IMG/VR virus record: IMGVR_UViG_3300031965_000019
Coordinates: 2,490 to 66,489 of that record
DNA: 64,000 nucleotides
Source of the DNA: a virus
Direction: 5' to 3' (one strand)
The notes beneath the pieces were generated by a model. It had not been told where the DNA came from. It was given only the letters and a program-made list of their open reading frames with translations, and did no database searches. Position numbers and translations under genes: made by a program. Below, piece by piece: positions 29,178 to 38,370 of the stretch (the stretch's first letter is position 1; each line of letters begins with the position of its first letter).

Positions 29178-29579
29178 CTACTCGCTACTGGCGCCTAGAC
29201 ACTCGGTCGTGCCCACGCAAGCCACGCCGACGCTTTGCAATCCGACAGCCGGAACGGTCGTCACCTGAACTTTAGTAGCACGGTTCTCTAGGCGCTGATT
29301 GCGTACTGCACGACGATTCGCCTTCACCTTCGACAGTAGACCAGGTCGGAGCGTGTAGGTGTCCGCCTCCTGCGCCACGGCAAGCGTGTACGCGGTTGCG
29401 CGCTGTTCGACGATCACCGGAGCACTTTGCACGACATACGCTTGCGGCGCCACGGCCACGGTCGGGGTTTCCACGGTAGCGGTCGCGGTTGCGACACCAG
29501 CAACAGCCGGACACGGCAACAGGCCCAGCGTCCACAGGGCGAAAGCTATCAGGACGGCGAGAATCAAAAACGGTTTCAT
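29178..29579 (-). CDS. Secreted/membrane low-complexity protein
   Basis: MKPFLILAVLIAF signal peptide; GAAAGGA SD. Confidence 0.6.
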   Translation of the reverse strand: MKPFLILAVLIAFALWTLGLLPCPAVAGVATATATVETPTVAVAPQAYVVQSAPVIVEQRATAYTLAVAQEADTYTLRPGLLSKVKANRRAVRNQRLENRATKVQVTTVPAVGLQSVGVACVGTTECLGASSE

Positions 29580-29710
29580 GGTAGGTTTCCTTTCAGAAAA
29601 CATCGGGGGAGAAAAAAGACATCGCGCTCAACGCCACGAGGGCCAGAGCGGCCAGAATCGCTAACAGGTTTTCCTTTCGTTCAATGGTCATGGGTCAATA
29701 GGACCGGATT

Positions 29711-30394
29711 TTACTCGCCGAGTTCGCAGTCCTCGCAATCGTCTGGTGTTTCGGGAAGTTCGTCCGGCGTCGGCTCCAGGCTCTGGACTTGAATCTGTTG
29801 CGCTTTCACGTCGCTGAGCGTCTCGCCGCGTTCTAGTGCGGCCGTCTTTCGCTCGGCTTCCAGTGCGATACGCTGCTGGTCTAACTCACTCTGACGCTTG
29901 ATCGCCGCGATCTTTCGTTGGCGAACGGCTAGGTCTAAGGCCGCCTTTGCGTTCGCCTCAGCAGATATCGCCGCGTCGAGTGGCAGCGGTTCGTCTTTCA
30001 CCGGCACACTGGAGGTCTCGGCGGACAGGGCGGCTCCGCACCCGTCGCAGATTCCATCTCCGTTGGCGTCGACGTGCTGCGCTCTGATGGTCGTGGGCGG
30101 AGCTCCGACGATGGTTCCGGTGCCGGGGTCGATGTAACCGGGTCGACCTCCGAACTCTTCTCGGGTGACCGGACCGGCGCCGGTCGCGGGACCACAGGGC
30201 TGGCCGGTGCGGTCGTCGAGTCCGTCTCCGTCGGCGTCGACGCATTGGGTGCGTGGTACGCTGGAGGGGATTTGGACCTGTCTGGCGGCTTTGCGAGCGG
30301 CACGCCGCTTAAACAACTGCGCATCAGCATCAGCAGCAGCATGAAAGATCATCGCGACGCCTACCAGCGCCGCAACTGCAATTCGAGTTCGCAT
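29711..30394 (-). CDS. Secreted protein with Dx[DN]xDG motifs and coiled coil (227 aa)
   Basis: Signal peptide; CVDADGDGLDD and VDANGDGICDGC; C-terminal coiled coil. Confidence 0.65.
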   Translation of the reverse strand: MRTRIAVAALVGVAMIFHAAADADAQLFKRRAARKAARQVQIPSSVPRTQCVDADGDGLDDRTGQPCGPATGAGPVTREEFGGRPGYIDPGTGTIVGAPPTTIRAQHVDANGDGICDGCGAALSAETSSVPVKDEPLPLDAAISAEANAKAALDLAVRQRKIAAIKRQSELDQQRIALEAERKTAALERGETLSDVKAQQIQVQSLEPTPDELPETPDDCEDCELGE

Positions 30395-30416
30395 GATAGT
30401 TTTCCTTGATTAAAGG

Positions 30417-30839
30417 TTAGCGGCGGCCCGCGCCTTTCCAGTTCGCGGGAGCCCAAACAAATGTGTAGTACGTTCTACCGCCAACGCTGTAGGCGGCAGC
30501 GCCGGCCCAGTAAGCTCTTGTGTCCGTTCCTGGATTGCCCCTCCCATTTGGGAAGTGGTAGCACGTCGAGATTCTGCGCCCATAAGGATCGTTGCCGTGT
30601 TGATAACCGACGCCTTCCCACGTTCCCGAGAGCATCCCGCCAACGTGGCCCATGCGTCCACGCGCGGCTTGCATTCTCACCGAACGATCGGCTACGGCCA
30701 TGAGTGCGGAGTGATATCGCACCGGCTGATAGCCGCTCTGGACCCGACGCAAATTGACCGCGTTTAACACGTGGATATCGGCCCAGCACTGCGCGGCCAG
30801 CAGCAGCACGAGAGCCAGCGATAGGATAGGTCGGGTCAC
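30417..30839 (-). CDS. Secreted CAP/SCP-domain protein
   Basis: Signal peptide; LNAVNLRR…L..VA…GRMGH CAP pattern. Confidence 0.75.
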   Translation of the reverse strand: MTRPILSLALVLLLAAQCWADIHVLNAVNLRRVQSGYQPVRYHSALMAVADRSVRMQAARGRMGHVGGMLSGTWEGVGYQHGNDPYGRRISTCYHFPNGRGNPGTDTRAYWAGAAAYSVGGRTYYTFVWAPANWKGAGRR

Positions 30840-31855
30840 TGGTCGCTTACTCTTTCCGGGTTTAACGTCCCCACCAGCCGCGCGCCGTCGGTCAGACCTG
30901 TGAGCTGTGCCGCGAACGATTGGGAAGCTATTGCAGGCGACTCCTCGCCGCCCAGCAATGAATCGTTGAGGTACTCGTAGAACAGGCGCTTGTAGTCGAT
31001 AAAGCCGCGCCCCGACACAAAGTCGTATCCAGGCTGCCCCAAATCTACCACATAGGTCTGTAGCTTTAGCAGCGCCTCATCATTCACCGACACGCGCTTG
31101 CCGAAGAACTTCTTCTCGCCAGCTGTCAGCAGCGAGCCGGTTCCAGCAACATGCGGACACGCGAACGACGTGCCATCCATAAGCTGCACCTGACCGTTAG
31201 GAAGAATGCACGGCACGGCCACGCCTGGGGCGACAAGATCAATACCTTCTCCGCCGTTGGAAAATCTCGCCACATTGAATTGTTCATCCATTGCGCCGGG
31301 AGCGACCGCGTAAAATGCCGGGTAGCTAACACTGCGTCGACGACCCTCATTGCCGCTCGCAAACACGCACGGCACGTTGTAGTCCTTAGCGTACTCAACG
31401 GCTTTCTCCAGTTCCTTGCTCGCGAATCGACCGCCGAACGCTCCGCTGATCCAGGTCGCGCCGTTGTCGACCGCGTAGCGAATCCCGGTAGCGATCCACT
31501 CGTTCGCGCCAGAGCCGCCATCGTCCAAGACTTTCACCGGCATGATGCTAGCCTGGGGATTGACCCCGTAGGTCTCGCCGGCTGCTACGCCAGCGGTTGC
31601 CGTGCCGTGGAAGTTACGGTCTCCCCAATCGTCGTCGTGGGGGATAAACGATCTCCCCTTGACGATACGTCCCGCAAACTCCGGGTGATTCTTGGTGATT
31701 CCGGTGTCGAGATTAGCGATTGTTTCACCGACGCCGCCAACGCGATCTTGGATGGCGCGGAGATTGAACAGTCTGAGATGCCAAGGCACTGTTTGAGCGA
31801 ATGCGTCGACTGCCGGCGACGCGAAGCCGACCCAGGGAATTCTTACGTCGTTCAT
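30836..31855 (-). CDS. Subtilisin-like S8 serine peptidase (339 aa)
   Basis: Catalytic triad motifs LDTGI, HGTATAG, GTSFACP; ASGN oxyanion motif. Confidence 0.92.
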   Translation of the reverse strand: MNDVRIPWVGFASPAVDAFAQTVPWHLRLFNLRAIQDRVGGVGETIANLDTGITKNHPEFAGRIVKGRSFIPHDDDWGDRNFHGTATAGVAAGETYGVNPQASIMPVKVLDDGGSGANEWIATGIRYAVDNGATWISGAFGGRFASKELEKAVEYAKDYNVPCVFASGNEGRRRSVSYPAFYAVAPGAMDEQFNVARFSNGGEGIDLVAPGVAVPCILPNGQVQLMDGTSFACPHVAGTGSLLTAGEKKFFGKRVSVNDEALLKLQTYVVDLGQPGYDFVSGRGFIDYKRLFYEYLNDSLLGGEESPAIASQSFAAQLTGLTDGARLVGTLNPERVSDQ

Positions 31856-32043
31856 TTCGCAACCTCACGGCGGGGTGAACAAAGGCGAATCGCATAGTCG
31901 ATCCCAGCCAACAAATACGGCAGCCAAGCGGAGTCGATCGTGCGCGGGACGCAATCAAGACAAACCGCGCCGCCCTCGCAACGCCGCAGGTCGTGCCAGC
32001 TTCGCTCTCGGTCGCAGATTTTGCAGTGCTCGTGCACGGTCAT
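31852..32043 (-). CDS. Small Cys-rich protein (63 aa)
   Basis: AGGAG SD, CKIC…C…CLDC. Confidence 0.5.
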   Translation of the reverse strand: MTVHEHCKICDRERSWHDLRRCEGGAVCLDCVPRTIDSAWLPYLLAGIDYAIRLCSPRREVAK

Positions 32044-32624
32044 ACTCCTACCAAGGTCCACCGGTAACGGTAGAACGAGCTCCGAGCCAAGTCTCCAGGC
32101 AGAGTGAACCGGTCTGCAAGATTCGCCACAGGATCAATCCCACCGCCGTAGTGGTCAGCCATAGCGCAAGCCTGCGAGCAAAAAGCCGGTAGGCCTGGTC
32201 GGTCTCCATTTTCAAGTTCGTAGTCATGGTCGATCACCAAGCGAATCACCGGCAAATGCTGGAAGGCCGCGCGATAGACGGCCAACCAGCCGTAGTCCTG
32301 ACCCGCAAATCGTCGCATGTAGCCCGCTGACGCCGCTCGATCAAACCCAGTCTTGTTTTCTGGATTCGCCGAGAACACATCGATCAGGCCGGCGTAATTT
32401 GCCACCTGACTCGCGAGCGTAACGATCCGGCCTCCCTTCAACTCGCGACACTCGACGCAATACAATTCACTCCCCAGTCGGTCGACCTTGGCGGCGTGCG
32501 AATACTTGCTACGCCCGCCAACCGCGATCAGCCGGCTAATCCAGCTCTGGCCGCGAAACAACAGCAAGTCCGCCGTCCGCAACTCGCCGGCTACTTCATG
32601 CAGCAGTCTTTCGTTGCGAATCAT
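32040..32624 (-). CDS. Permuted papain-like NlpC/P60 (YiiX/YaeF-like) enzyme
   Basis: DLLLFRG…SKYSHAA…FCSQ with His before Cys. Confidence 0.8.
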   Translation of the reverse strand: MIRNERLLHEVAGELRTADLLLFRGQSWISRLIAVGGRSKYSHAAKVDRLGSELYCVECRELKGGRIVTLASQVANYAGLIDVFSANPENKTGFDRAASAGYMRRFAGQDYGWLAVYRAAFQHLPVIRLVIDHDYELENGDRPGLPAFCSQACAMADHYGGGIDPVANLADRFTLPGDLARSSFYRYRWTLVGV

Positions 32625-33183
32625 GCAATCTCACCAATGCAAAGTGATTGCCGTCGGCAGTCTTGACCCCCACGACCGCGTAGCCGTCGTGCAGAGGCAC
32701 GACAGCGCCGGTTCCCGGATTGAGGCCCTCAAACAAGCCGATCAACTTCTGAATCGCGGCAATAATCTCGTCGATGTTTTCAATAAACCAGGTCAGCCAA
32801 TCGTTGAGCGGTTTTCCCGTGTCCGGCATCGGCGTCAAGTTCACGGTGGGGTCGTTGTCGATCTGCCACGCGAGCAAGTCGAGATTGCCGTCCTGAGCGA
32901 AGAAATTTCGCAGCACACTAACGCGGGTGTCGCGTCGGCCGAGCGAGCCTTGAAATCTTTTCAGCAGTCCGCCTAACAACCGCGTGTCGATGTTGCCACG
33001 GTTGAGCAGAATACCCTCGACGGCAGGCGTCGGCGATTCGTTCTGAACGGTGCTGAACTCAACCGACTCACCTGGTTGAACAACAATGGCCGGTCGAATC
33101 AATTGCAGCTTTAGTGGTCGCGCGTCGGCGGTAGTCGCGCCTAGTAGGACGGCAGCGAACAGGGCGAGCAAGATTTTCTTCAT
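32596..33183 (-). CDS. Secreted hypothetical protein (195 aa)
   Basis: MKKILLALFAAVLL signal peptide. Confidence 0.6.
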   Translation of the reverse strand: MKKILLALFAAVLLGATTADARPLKLQLIRPAIVVQPGESVEFSTVQNESPTPAVEGILLNRGNIDTRLLGGLLKRFQGSLGRRDTRVSVLRNFFAQDGNLDLLAWQIDNDPTVNLTPMPDTGKPLNDWLTWFIENIDEIIAAIQKLIGLFEGLNPGTGAVVPLHDGYAVVGVKTADGNHFALVRLHDSQRKTAA

Positions 33184-33230
33184 GGCGTGGTTCCTTTCAG
33201 ACTGAATCAGGTGGAAGGCGTGGATTGCTT

Positions 33231-33779
33231 TCATGCGTACAACTTCATGCTTTGGCTTTCAGGGCTCGGCTCGTAGCCGGGGGCGCGGTACACCATTTCG
33301 TAAGCGGCCTCGGGCGACTCTTCGTAATAGTCCCGCAATACTTTTGTCGCAGTGAATCCCATCGCCTTGAAAAACAACTGGGCGGAAAGATTGCTCTCGC
33401 GAACGTGCAAGACGATCATGCGCTTCCACCGTCGGCTTAGTTTGTTCTGCAAAGTCTCCATCATCATGCGGCCGACGCCCTGCCTGTTCGCATCGAACGC
33501 CACGGCGAAATTGAGTAGCGTCAGTTTGTGCTTGTACAGTTCGTAAACCATGTAGCCCAAAACCTTATCGTCTCGCTGAGCCACCATGCCCATGCAATTG
33601 CGTTGTCGAAGTGCATCGACAAAATCTCTCTTGTCCCAGGGAAACTCAAATCGCTCAAACTCGATGTCCAAAACCTCTTTCATGTGGCGGAGGATCATCC
33701 AGCGCATCGGCGGCGTGTACGGCGTGTCAGGTATTCGTTTCATCGTTCTAAAACCCCGTCGCGCGTATAGAGGTTGCAT
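33231..33779 (-). CDS. rimI: RimI-like GNAT N-acetyltransferase
   Basis: EFPW…RQRNCMGMVA…LNFAV…RQGVG…VRESNLSAQLFF…GF…YY…AY.M. Confidence 0.85.
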   Translation of the reverse strand: MQPLYARRGFRTMKRIPDTPYTPPMRWMILRHMKEVLDIEFERFEFPWDKRDFVDALRQRNCMGMVAQRDDKVLGYMVYELYKHKLTLLNFAVAFDANRQGVGRMMMETLQNKLSRRWKRMIVLHVRESNLSAQLFFKAMGFTATKVLRDYYEESPEAAYEMVYRAPGYEPSPESQSMKLYA

Positions 33780-34007
33780 CGTGGCTACGGTACAAACCCA
33801 GAGGGTATGAGAAGCTACGCACGACGGGGTCGGCGACGGGCTTGGCGGTGTTGGAAATTTCGGTCATCACCGGGGCGGCAGTGAATGTGGTCGTGGCGGA
33901 CGGCGGCAGTTCACCGAAGCTACTGCGCTTCCTGCCCCTACAGCGGTTGTGCATACCGTTTACTTTTTTCTGTCGATTTTTCTGTCTGCGTTTCTTATAC
34001 ATGGCGC

Positions 34008-34056
34008 AAAAAAAAGGCGCTCGGCTCCCTCCTCCAGCGGAGAGAATCGAACGCCC
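34008..34056 (-). terminator. Intrinsic terminator-like hairpin downstream of NUMOD4-HNH
   Basis: GGCGTTCG…CGAGCGCC followed by T8 on minus strand. Confidence 0.6.
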
Positions 34057-34085
34057 TTTCGGGTGGCCCATACGGGACTCTAAGT

Positions 34086-34712
34086 TTACGCAACAGCCAG
34101 CGCACAGCACCGGCACTTACTTCTCCTGTTGATCTTAATTGGACTCAAGCCCAAGTAGCTCCACCTCTTGCCCGAAAGTGCCTTCCTCGCAGTCGAGCGA
34201 GATACACATATCTCGCATGACCGCATGGAACAAATTAAACATAAACCAGATTTCACAAATTCGTAAAGCCTTCTCACATCTACCTCGGACATCTTGGCGC
34301 ATGCATTCTTTTCCCCGTCCCGTTCAATCAACTTCGTAGCAATTGAGTGCTGGATGTTCTCTAAATTAGTGACCCATTCCAGATTATTGACACAGTTGTT
34401 AGTTTTCACGCCGTCAATGTGATTAACTTCCTCAGCGCCATCCCTTGGCTCAAGAAACGCCTCGGCAACAAGACGATGCACTCGCCTTAGTTTAGTTCCA
34501 TTGCCTCCTGTACCAATTGTAACTACGTAGTAGCCCTGCTTATTGAGTTGTGGTTTTCTCTGCACGCTTGGCAATGTTTGACGCCATCCGTTCTTCCTGA
34601 TTATTACGCGGTCAACACTGCGCACATTGCCAATACTTGAGACTTCATAATATGGATTGTCTAGCATCTGCCTCCACTCTTGAACTATAATCGCCACCGT
34701 CTGAACCTCCAT
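34086..34712 (-). CDS. NUMOD4-HNH homing endonuclease
   Basis: EWRQM…YEVSSIGNVRS; VHRLVAEAF…VNHIDGVKTNN…NLEW. Confidence 0.9.
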   Translation of the reverse strand: MEVQTVAIIVQEWRQMLDNPYYEVSSIGNVRSVDRVIIRKNGWRQTLPSVQRKPQLNKQGYYVVTIGTGGNGTKLRRVHRLVAEAFLEPRDGAEEVNHIDGVKTNNCVNNLEWVTNLENIQHSIATKLIERDGEKNACAKMSEVDVRRLYEFVKSGLCLICSMRSCEICVSRSTARKALSGKRWSYLGLSPIKINRRSKCRCCALAVA

Positions 34713-34719
34713 GAAAGGT

Positions 34720-34895
34720 TTGGGCCATGCCCCGGTAGTTTGCGCTACGCGGGGCTCTTTTCAGATTTTAGAACAACCCCGCTGTTCACGGCTACAGGGC
34801 CGGCACTCAGCGGGGCACGGTTACAGGGTGTTTCCAGTTACATCTCAAACCTCTTTCAACAGTGACCATTCACGGTCCAGGAGTTACCTCCAGTA
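34720..34895 (-). ncRNA. Putative structured late-operon leader RNA
   Basis: Stems CCCCGCTG/CAGCGGGG and GCCCCG-GTAG/CTAC-CGGGGC; 13-nt direct repeat CCCTGTARCCGTG. Confidence 0.35.
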
Positions 34896-34901
34896 GCAGA
34901 T

Positions 34902-34931
34902 ATCCTAAGCCTTTCTGCGGAACTTTGTCAA
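34902..34931 (-). promoter_or_regulatory. Sigma70-like promoter facing the late operon
   Basis: TTGACA-18 nt-TAGGAT. Confidence 0.55.
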
Positions 34932-35103
34932 CCTCGGTGGGGGCCGCTGGGCCGGCAGTTCCTCCAGTAAAATGCGTATCTTGCCATTTCGCAGCACAAT
35001 TGCCGTTACGGCCCGGTTGGCCTCTGGGAACACGAACCGGCCGCCCGGCTCCAGGTCTCGGCTCCACTGTCGGTGTTTCGATGCTTCCATGCGGTCGGCT
35101 CTC

Positions 35104-35355
35104 CTAGTGCGATTCTGGCCAGACTTCTCGCTTGTGCCGTAAGAGCATTTGGATTACTTCATCCACTCGCTGGGGCGTTTTGATCCGGCAGACTAACTGC
35201 TCGCCCGACTCTAATTCAATTGCAATCGCAACAGCCTGGGGCGGTCCGCTGCCGTCTGGCGTTGGACACCACGACCCTACTGTGAAGCTCTCGACATTGC
35301 GCCCCCACATTTCCTTGCCGCCAAACTCGGCGGGTGGTAATCTTCGCTTTGCCAT
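35104..35355 (-). CDS. Hypothetical protein (83 aa)
   Basis: Compact ORF abutting neighbours. Confidence 0.6.
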   Translation of the reverse strand: MAKRRLPPAEFGGKEMWGRNVESFTVGSWCPTPDGSGPPQAVAIAIELESGEQLVCRIKTPQRVDEVIQMLLRHKREVWPESH

Positions 35356-35618
35356 TAGTTCGCTATCCTTTTGTCATCGGTGCGTAGCCGTTTGCCGCAA
35401 CACTTTTTGAATTTGACTCCGCTTCCGCACGGACACGGATCATTGCGAGAAATGCGCCGGACCTCTTTCACCTCAAGTGATTTTGTCTTTCCGGCCTCCA
35501 GCCGCTCTTGAGCGGCATCGCGGCGCGCGGCAAATGCCTCACGTAGCTTTTGCGACTCGAAGCCGAAAAGCCGGTCAGTAACTTGTCTGTCGCCAAAATC
35601 CTCTCGAATCTCTTGCAT
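35355..35618 (-). CDS. SEC-C motif protein
   Basis: [18 protein letters not shown]. Confidence 0.85.
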   Translation of the reverse strand: MQEIREDFGDRQVTDRLFGFESQKLREAFAARRDAAQERLEAGKTKSLEVKEVRRISRNDPCPCGSGVKFKKCCGKRLRTDDKRIAN

Positions 35619-35632
35619 GATATTTTCCTTTC

Positions 35633-35986
35633 TCAGTGCCCACGCCGGGCCGTTAGCTCGGGATGCTTCAGGTACGCTCTCAGGTCGCGATAGAAGTCCT
35701 CCTGGGAACGGCAGAGCCAGTCCAGGTATTCGAGCGGCACATCATCGAACCGTTTGCCTTGGTACGCTCCGAAGGGCATGAGCGTGCTGCCGAGGCGGGC
35801 TATCGGCGTAGGCTGTTCGACCGAAATTTCGTCTTTCTTGCGATGCGGTAACAGCTTGGCAAGTTCCTTCAACAGGGACTCCGCAAAGTCGGCACCGAAT
35901 CCATCCTCCCATTCCAAGAGGTCGAACAGTTCTATCGCTTGCCTTCGGCCATCGATGCACGCCTGGATTCTTTGCCGTTCGTTCAT
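35633..35986 (-). CDS. DUF3820-like protein
   Basis: [22 protein letters not shown] motif. Confidence 0.75.
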   Translation of the reverse strand: MNERQRIQACIDGRRQAIELFDLLEWEDGFGADFAESLLKELAKLLPHRKKDEISVEQPTPIARLGSTLMPFGAYQGKRFDDVPLEYLDWLCRSQEDFYRDLRAYLKHPELTARRGH

Positions 35987-36014
35987 GCGGTCGGCCTCCT
36001 GTGCCGAGGGGCGG

Positions 36015-36176
36015 CTAGTCCATACGGTACTGGACAACGAGTGCGAAAATGAACGCGATGCAGACAGGGATGATCTGGAAAATAATCAACTCAGGGTATT
36101 TCGTATTCGGCACCACCAGTATGGTCATGCAAATCGCATAGGAACACGCGATGATGATTAGTGCTAGTTGCTTCAT
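36015..36176 (-). CDS. Small two-TM membrane protein (53 aa; not in track)
   Basis: Manual translation MKQLALIIIACSYAICMTILVV…IFQIIPVCIAFIFALVVQYRMD; GAGAGA SD. Confidence 0.55.
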   Translation of the reverse strand: MKQLALIIIACSYAICMTILVVPNTKYPELIIFQIIPVCIAFIFALVVQYRMD

Positions 36177-36217
36177 CGTCTCTCACTTTCTCGCGCTGGG
36201 GCGGCTAATCGGTTTAA

Positions 36218-36433
36218 TTAAAGCAAGCGAGCTTTTTGACAGCTATCAATTATCGTTCCCAATGTTTCCAGGTCGGCGGGAGATAATTCGAGTTCATAGT
36301 CGTGAGATTGAATAAGCAACCGACCTGTCTCAGGATACCATTTCCAACTTCCTGCTCTATGAGAGTCGGGGTTGAACGGTTTTGTTTCCAACGTGATTTT
36401 TAACTCGGATGCAATACATTTAGTAATTTTCAT
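36218..36433 (-). CDS. Hypothetical protein (71 aa)
   Basis: ATGA overlap with upstream gene. Confidence 0.5.
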   Translation of the reverse strand: MKITKCIASELKITLETKPFNPDSHRAGSWKWYPETGRLLIQSHDYELELSPADLETLGTIIDSCQKARLL

Positions 36434-36816
36434 TTGTCGTCTCTCACCTTTCTCCGCGCTTGGCGGTGACTTGGTAACTCCCAATTTTCGATCACGATTT
36501 CCCAATCGACTTCATTAACTGGCGCATCCCCAAATGAGGCAATTTTGTTCATCTGCTCTTGGATATGCGGTAGTCGTAAACAGTCTGGGAACAGTTTTGC
36601 GACCTCCTCTGCGCCTAACGTGGCGGTAGGGCCAAGATCGGATTCCTTGATGAACCACGTCATCAAGCAATTTGCGCATGACTTTCCAGTCGTCTTAGTC
36701 CCACGACGAAAGTAGCTTGACGCCGACTTAGGCCCGACCTGACAAAGCCGTCCGCACCGCTCGCAAGACTTTTTAGTGACTGAAGATTCTTCCGAAAAAA
36801 GACTATGCTGTGTCAC
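36430..36816 (-). CDS. Zn-finger hypothetical protein
   Basis: CERC…CANC. Confidence 0.55.
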   Translation of the reverse strand: MTQHSLFSEESSVTKKSCERCGRLCQVGPKSASSYFRRGTKTTGKSCANCLMTWFIKESDLGPTATLGAEEVAKLFPDCLRLPHIQEQMNKIASFGDAPVNEVDWEIVIENWELPSHRQARRKVRDDK

Positions 36817-36965
36817 GGCCCGTCCTCTGCGTTGCGGCAGGCGAGGTTGTGGGTCAGGATTTTGTTCTGCGCCTTGAGTGCGGCGATCTCGTCACTGAGT
36901 GCTTTCAACACGCCGCGCAGGTCGGCTAATGCGGCGAGTATTTCGGCGGCAGTGGGCTTAAGCAT
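36813..36965 (-). CDS. Small coiled-coil protein (50 aa; not in track)
   Basis: MLKPTAAEILAALADLRGVLKALSDEIAALKAQN…; GGAGG SD. Confidence 0.55.
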   Translation of the reverse strand: MLKPTAAEILAALADLRGVLKALSDEIAALKAQNKILTHNLACRNAEDGP

Positions 36966-37185
36966 GACTTGCCTCCTCTAACTCTCGCACGCGATTGGTG
37001 AGGTCAGCGATGACATCACAGCCTGGACCCTTGTAGGTCACTCCAGTCGGTACAAAGTCAAACCAGATTTCCGTGCCGCACGCAAAATAGACGCGGAGAC
37101 GTTTTCCACCACAGTACAGCACGCCATATTCGTCAGCTCCGCATCGCTGGCACTTTTCAAGATCGACTGCCGCGTGCTCTTTCAT
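36958..37185 (-). CDS. Hypothetical Zn-ribbon protein (75 aa)
   Basis: CQRCG…C…CG; GGAGTGAAGG SD. Confidence 0.55.
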   Translation of the reverse strand: MKEHAAVDLEKCQRCGADEYGVLYCGGKRLRVYFACGTEIWFDFVPTGVTYKGPGCDVIADLTNRVRELEEASHA

Positions 37186-37232
37186 CCTTCACTCCTCTGG
37201 TTTCAATTTCCGCACGGCGTACCTACTGGTAA

Positions 37233-37540
37233 TCACTCACGTGGAGGAAAAACTCTGGCAACGGTCAGCGAAATCCAGGTAGACTGAATGCGTTCCCGTG
37301 CTTCGTGCTCAGACAAGAATTTCAACTTCATAGGCAACGGTTCGCGTGACCACGACCACCGCGGTCCGGTCAGCATCGATTGTTCCTTTTCTGTAAACAG
37401 AATCCTCGCGTCGATCTCTTTCACCACGTCGGGAATTTCCTCCGGCAGGTCGAATCGCTCGGCGATCGCCAGCCACAATCGCCGCTCGATCATGCCGATT
37501 TGCGTCACGGAATATCTGCGGTTTTCCCAATTCGACCACG
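37233..37540 (-). pseudogene. Remnant of HD-domain (YfbR-like) phosphohydrolase
   Basis: IERRLW.AIAERFDLP…VKEIDARIL.TE matches the C-terminal half; HD core missing. Confidence 0.55.
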
Positions 37541-37597
37541 CGACTCATGTAGCCATCCATGACGTTCCTGCCGAGGTTTTTGTGGATTCTTGTTCAA

Positions 37598-37629
37598 ACC
37601 CCGGGGCCGATTGCGCCGACCCCGGGGTG
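37598..37629 (-). terminator. Hairpin, possible terminator
   Basis: ACCCCGGGG…CCCCGGGGT followed by TTG. Confidence 0.45.
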
Positions 37630-37650
37630 TAAATCCTCTACGATCGAACA

Positions 37651-38313
37651 CTAGGCCGTCGGTCGCGATTGCAGCAACCGGACCACCTCGGGCGTGACCT
37701 CTTGGAAGAACGCCAACAGTTGCGGAGCTGGCAAACTGCGTTCAGCGAACTTCCGCGCCTCGTCGCCTTGCAGCACGTCCTCCAGCGAGGCCACCGTCAC
37801 AGTGCCTGTGCCAACGTGCTCGACAATGCGTCTCTCGACGATCGACAACGCTCGCACGGTGGTATCGTCTGCAGCCACCGTATTCAGCAGTTCAAAGATC
37901 GCTTTGCTCCGGACCATCGGCAGGCGGTTGCGAAGCGACTCGCGAACGAGTCCGACCATGATGCTGCCATCGGGATCCGCCGGAACTGTGACCGCGACAA
38001 TTGGCGCAGACTGCTCTGGCGCTGGCGGTGGGGCGAACGCCGGGGCATTCTCGGCAGGTGTCGTGGGTCCATTCTCCGGAGCAACCGGCGCGGCATCGGC
38101 TGTCTGAGGACCGCCGGTCTGAGTCTGACCCGTGTAAGCCTCACTGGCTTGCTCTACCGTTTGCGTCTCGACGGTTTGGGCCGGGGCTGGTGCGGCAGCG
38201 GGCGGAGTCGTTTCTTCCGCGGGTGCGGTCGGCGCGGCGGCCGATTCGGGCCCTGCAAATGATCCTTGCGATCCGGGGTCGATTGATCCTGTGGGGTTTT
38301 CTTCGTTGGACAT
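37651..38313 (-). CDS. Pro/Ala/Thr-rich hypothetical protein
   Basis: GGAGA SD before MSNEEN; disordered N-terminus, folded C-terminus. Confidence 0.6.
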   Translation of the reverse strand: MSNEENPTGSIDPGSQGSFAGPESAAAPTAPAEETTPPAAAPAPAQTVETQTVEQASEAYTGQTQTGGPQTADAAPVAPENGPTTPAENAPAFAPPPAPEQSAPIVAVTVPADPDGSIMVGLVRESLRNRLPMVRSKAIFELLNTVAADDTTVRALSIVERRIVEHVGTGTVTVASLEDVLQGDEARKFAERSLPAPQLLAFFQEVTPEVVRLLQSRPTA

Positions 38314-38370
38314 GGCATTGAGTCTCCTGCCTACGGGACAAAAAATCACCGCTACGCAGCGGTGGGAAAA

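Noticed and set aside
33748-34116. Basic ORF upstream of rimI
   Set aside because: Spans the terminator and has no SD; a shorter peptide from ATG 34002 is possible but unsupported
34720-34895. Assignment to a known riboswitch or intron class
   Set aside because: No diagnostic consensus recognised; kept only as an unassigned structured leader
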